From Candidatus Eiseniibacteriota bacterium (lineage in GTDB: Bacteria; Eisenbacteria; RBG-16-71-46): 64,000 bases of DNA. This document shows positions 60,239 to 64,000 of this stretch, piece after piece; within the stretch, counting starts at the first letter, position 1, and every line of letters starts with the position of its first letter. The position numbers and the translations under genes are program-made. The notes under the pieces were generated by a model. The model searched no databases, had not been told where the DNA came from, and saw nothing but the letters and a program-made list of their open reading frames with translations. Where the stretch lies: assembly GCA_963717505.1 (NCBI GenBank), contig OY970342.1, positions 2,784,001 to 2,848,000 of the forward strand. Direction: 5' to 3'.

Positions 60239-62329
60239 TCACTTGCGGGGTGAGCTGGAAGTCGGGCTGGGCGCCGGGGCGCTGCGTACCGTGAGATCGG
60301 TGATCGCGGCCGGCGGGGTGACATCGATCGCGCTGCCGCCGCCCTTGATCATGGTGAAATGGTCGCGAACCGCACCGGTGTCGTCGAGGAAGACCGCGTC
60401 CATTCGATTGCCATTGAGGTCGAGGACCATCGAGCCCAGCGCGTTGACGGAATAGAACATGGCGGGATGATTGAGCGATCCGCCGCTGCGCTGGCCCGAA
60501 CTGCCGGCCACCGTGTAGACCGCTCCCTGGTGCGGCCCGGTGCCCAGGCTCGCCTTGGCGTAGGCGCCATCACCGTCCTCGCGGCCGTCCCCGCCATCGA
60601 CCTTCATCGCGGGGGTCAGCGTGCTCGAAACGTCGTAGTGGCCGTCGAGCAGGAACGACCTCTCGTAGGCATGACTGTGGCCGGTGAGCACCAGGTCGAC
60701 GCCGGCGGCTTCGAGGATGGGCACCAGGTACCGGCGCATGTCGCCCATGCGGCCACCGCTATCGCCTGAGTTGTCCGAGTCGTGCGAACCCTTGGTGTAG
60801 GGCGGATGGTGCCAGTAGGCGATCACCCAGTCGCGGGTCGTCGCGGCCAGGTCGTTCTCGAGCCAGGTGGCCATGGCACCGGTGGCGGTGCGCGGCGTGC
60901 CCTCGGAATCGAGACAGATGAAGTGGATGTTGCCGTAGTCGAACGAGTAGTAGGCCTCGGTGCCCGAAGCCAGGCCTCCCGCCTCGCCCGCGGTCGGCAT
61001 GCTGAAGAACTCGTAGTAGTCGTTGGCCGCGCCCGAGCGCACCCCGTCGTGGTTGCCACGCGTCGGCCACAACACCGTGGTCTTGAGCGTCGCCTCGTAG
61101 GGGTCGAAAACGCCACCCTGGTATTCGGAGTCGGTTCCCGAGTCGTAGGCATTGTCGCCGAGCATGAGCCAGACGTCGATGTTGCGCGTGCCGTTGTAGT
61201 CGAGGAACGCATCACGCACACGAGTCTGCTCCGAGGTGCCGGTGCCCGCGTCGCCCAGGATCCACACCCGAGTCGGTTTGGGCGTCCCGGGGGTCGGGGC
61301 GGTCACGAAGCTGTGCTGGGCGTCGTCGCCTTCCAGGTCGAGCGCATCGGTTCCGATCGCGTAGTAGTAGCGCGTGTTGGGCGCGAGGCCCGTGATCTGG
61401 ATCTCGTGCTCGGTGGCGGCGGTCGCGTCGAATGCGTTCGAAGTCAGTGCGCCGATCGAGGTGCCGTAGCGAACACGGGTCGGGGCCGCGACGTCGGTCC
61501 GCCAGCGCACCACCACGCTGGTCGGCGTTCCAATCTGGAGGAACGGGCCCCGCGTGACCACCGGATCGGCCAATAGCTGAGCCGGAACGGTACTCGCCGC
61601 CGGTGCCGCGGGAATCCGCGCAGCCGCCGGAGCCGGAGCAGCGCCGGCCTGTATTCGGGCGGTCATGCGTTCACGCCGCGCGGTAGCGGCTTCGGTCATG
61701 CCGGCCCGTTGCTCGGCGTCGGCGATCGCCAGCTCGAGGGTCACCACCGGGCCCAGGCGCTTGCTCCCGGCCTGGAGTGAGGCGAGCGCCTGATCGGGCG
61801 ATCCGGCTTCGGTCAGGAGTCGGGCGTGCTCGATGTAGAGATCAGGGCCGATGTGTCGGGCGAACTCGATCACGCGAGCCAGGTCCGCCGCGGCGGCTTC
61901 CGGCTTCTTCTGCGCTTCGTGGATCCGGGCCCGCAGCTTCCACGCCGCGACGTCGCGCGGCTCGCGCTCCAAGTGGTGATCGATCGTGGTCAGCGCCGCC
62001 GCATGCTGGCGTTCGCCGAGCAGCAGGGCCGCGCGGCAGAGTTCGAGACCTGGCAGGTCAGGATCGAGCCGAGCTGCCAGCTCGAGGTCGGCGCGTGCGG
62101 CGACCAGGTTGCCGGCGATCAAATGCAGTTCGCCCCGCATGAGCAACTCGTGCGCGGGGCTGTCGGCTTGCGAGATTCGTTGGTCGGCGCGGGCGATGTC
62201 GTCCGCGAGTGGCTGGTGGGCGAGAGCCGGCGCGGCCAGCGCCGAGAGCAATGCGACCACGACGCCTGCGATCCGGCGGGGATCGCGGTGGCTCGGGAAA
62301 CGATCGAGACGCGGGATTCCGGAGGTCAT
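60239..62329 (-). CDS. TPR + purple-acid-phosphatase-type metallophosphoesterase, secreted
   Basis: N-terminal TPRs; TRGPFLQ FN3-like domain; GDAG, GDNAY, GNHD, HHPPY and GHSHAYER metal motifs. Start uncertain. Confidence 0.88.
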   Translation of the reverse strand: MTSGIPRLDRFPSHRDPRRIAGVVVALLSALAAPALAHQPLADDIARADQRISQADSPAHELLMRGELHLIAGNLVAARADLELAARLDPDLPGLELCRAALLLGERQHAAALTTIDHHLEREPRDVAAWKLRARIHEAQKKPEAAAADLARVIEFARHIGPDLYIEHARLLTEAGSPDQALASLQAGSKRLGPVVTLELAIADAEQRAGMTEAATARRERMTARIQAGAAPAPAAARIPAAPAASTVPAQLLADPVVTRGPFLQIGTPTSVVVRWRTDVAAPTRVRYGTSIGALTSNAFDATAATEHEIQITGLAPNTRYYYAIGTDALDLEGDDAQHSFVTAPTPGTPKPTRVWILGDAGTGTSEQTRVRDAFLDYNGTRNIDVWLMLGDNAYDSGTDSEYQGGVFDPYEATLKTTVLWPTRGNHDGVRSGAANDYYEFFSMPTAGEAGGLASGTEAYYSFDYGNIHFICLDSEGTPRTATGAMATWLENDLAATTRDWVIAYWHHPPYTKGSHDSDNSGDSGGRMGDMRRYLVPILEAAGVDLVLTGHSHAYERSFLLDGHYDVSSTLTPAMKVDGGDGREDGDGAYAKASLGTGPHQGAVYTVAGSSGQRSGGSLNHPAMFYSVNALGSMVLDLNGNRMDAVFLDDTGAVRDHFTMIKGGGSAIDVTPPAAITDLTVRSAPAPSPTSSSPRK

Positions 62330-62388
62330 GGAGTACCTCGGCGAAGGTGGCGCTTCCGGGATGATCCCTCTGAAAGCGGTGGTGGATC

Positions 62389-62405
62389 GGCAAAATGCGT
62401 GCCCA
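62389..62405 (-). promoter_or_regulatory. Possible sigma54 (-24/-12) promoter for the phosphatase-phytase operon
   Basis: Minus strand TGGGCACGCATTTTGCC: GG-N10-GC with GGCACG and TTGC. Confidence 0.45.
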
Positions 62406-62587
62406 GCGGTTCGCGCCAGGCTCAACTCGCGATCCGCATGCCCGCGTGCCCGTTATCGTCCAGCGGCCGGGTCTTCCTGAACTTGAAAAAGATCCTTCTG
62501 CACGATGTCAGATTGCAGAACGAGTGGCTCGGACCTGGGGGTGTTCGGGACCCGAAGCCCGCCGGGAGGGTATCATCACCAACGAAC

Positions 62588-63979
62588 ATGTCACCCCCCA
62601 GGTCGCAGATTTCACCCGAGCTTCACTTGAGTCAGGCTGTGGGTTCACGGGTCCTGGCTCTCGCGACACTCGTCGCGCTCGCCGCAGGGCCGGCACGGGC
62701 TGCCGAAGTCCTGGTTCCCTTCGATACGCGCGGCAAGGTCCTGGTGATCGACGCCCAGCTCGCCGATCGCATTGGGCTTTTTACCGCCGAGCATCCGGGC
62801 TTCTCCGAGGCAAGGCTCTTCCAACTCGCAGATTCGACGTTCGTGCTCGAGATCTCGCGCCGTGTCGGCGGCTCGCAGGTGCGCGACCGAATTCCACTCG
62901 ACTCGGCGGGCGCCGACTCCGTGAGAACGCTGGTGAACAGCCGAATCGTCGACCGTGCACCCTCCGCGCACTACGACCAGGAGGCGCGTCCGTTGCTCCT
63001 GGCAACCTCCGCGGTCATGGGATTCGGTTTCTATGGATGGGCGGCCACCGACCTGTTCGGCACCACCGACGAAGCAGCATTCGCGACCTACATGCTGACC
63101 ACCGCCGGTGCGATCCTGATCCCGAGCATTCTGACTCAACGGAGCAATGTGTCGTATCCGCAGGTCACGCTCAGTTTCTACGGCGCGACGCGCGGCATCG
63201 TTCACGGCGCGCTGATCGCCAATGCGGTGGATCCTGAAGGCGAGTCCGACTCCGACGACGACCTCGCGATCGCGCTCGGAGTGAGCGTGGGCGAGGCGCT
63301 ATTGGGCTATGCCGCCGGAACCGGGCTGACTCCTGGGCAATCCGCGGCGATCGGCCTCGGCGGGGACCTGGGATTGGGCTATGGCTTCGGAGGCGCCGAA
63401 CTGGCTGGGCGGGAGGACGAGGAACGAGACCTGATCGTTCTGGGCTCGGCTGCCGTCGGGCTGGCGGGCGGCTACGCGCTCGGTCAGTGGCGCGACTACA
63501 GCTACGGCGACGTGGGCATCATGCGCACCGGTGGATTCCTCGGCGCTTTCACCGGCTGGGCGCTCACCAACCACGACGGCGAGACCGATGACGAAGCGGT
63601 CATCGCGGCCAGCATGGCGGGCGCGGCGGTCGGGCTCGTGGTCGGCGACCGGATCGTCGACGGCGCCGGCTATTCGTTCGGCCAGAGCGTCAGCGTGGAT
63701 TTCGTGACGCTCTCGGGCGGGCTGATCGGCCTGAGCATCGCCGCACTCGTCGAATCGTCCAACGACGACTTCGACGAGCAGATGACCTCAACGATTACCG
63801 CGCTGGGCGCGATCGGCGGCTACGCCGGCGGCATCGCCACACAGGCGCGCGGCGGCCGCCCCGCCCGACAGTCTTCACTCCGGCTCGGCGTCGAGCCGCG
63901 CTGGGTATCGGCCCATGGCGGAAACGAAATGGTTCCGCACGTGGTCGCGCGACTCGCTTTGGGTGGCGCCGCCAGGTAG
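62588..63979 (+). CDS. Hypothetical exported Gly-rich protein with repeated hydrophobic helices
   Basis: Signal-like segment (LALATLVALAAGPARA); repeated GxxxG helices separated by acidic loops; C-terminal beta-hairpin-like tail. Confidence 0.7.
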   Translation: MSPPRSQISPELHLSQAVGSRVLALATLVALAAGPARAAEVLVPFDTRGKVLVIDAQLADRIGLFTAEHPGFSEARLFQLADSTFVLEISRRVGGSQVRDRIPLDSAGADSVRTLVNSRIVDRAPSAHYDQEARPLLLATSAVMGFGFYGWAATDLFGTTDEAAFATYMLTTAGAILIPSILTQRSNVSYPQVTLSFYGATRGIVHGALIANAVDPEGESDSDDDLAIALGVSVGEALLGYAAGTGLTPGQSAAIGLGGDLGLGYGFGGAELAGREDEERDLIVLGSAAVGLAGGYALGQWRDYSYGDVGIMRTGGFLGAFTGWALTNHDGETDDEAVIAASMAGAAVGLVVGDRIVDGAGYSFGQSVSVDFVTLSGGLIGLSIAALVESSNDDFDEQMTSTITALGAIGGYAGGIATQARGGRPARQSSLRLGVEPRWVSAHGGNEMVPHVVARLALGGAAR

Positions 63980-64000
63980 CGTTCGACGGCGAGCAGGCGG

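Overview
High-GC bacterial chromosomal window with about 48 genes. I found no rRNA, tRNA or CRISPR array. Three secreted proteins with FlgD-Ig-like C-terminal domains and one with a C-terminal SWGxVKxRYR tag suggest a Candidatus Eisenbacteria/Krumholzibacteriota-like genome (inference). The region is rich in signalling genes: four SpoIIE/PP2C phosphatases, two histidine kinases, a LytTR regulator, two HD-GYP proteins, a HEAT-repeat Ser/Thr kinase and an FHA protein. It also carries one complete IS1202-family element with 17-bp target duplications, a more AT-rich co-oriented small-gene island (about 24.9-30.35 kb), secreted hydrolases, and conserved metabolic genes (MFS, gcdH-like, ggt, 2-oxoacid dehydrogenase E1, miaB, queF, aceA, aceB) that are all frameshifted, probably by assembly error. 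Two candidate novel systems stand out. (1) At 7.6-15.7 kb, an FHA / HEAT-kinase / twin-PilT operon lies beside two atypical HD-GYP genes; there are no pilin or assembly genes in the window, and all three transcription units have sigma28-like promoters. (2) At 15.7-22.8 kb, a LytS-type kinase and a PP2C phosphatase share a homologous membrane sensor, both lie downstream of AlgR-like LytTR boxes, and they flank TPR, TonB-receptor and beta-barrel genes. All calls come from reading motifs by eye; no database searches were run.
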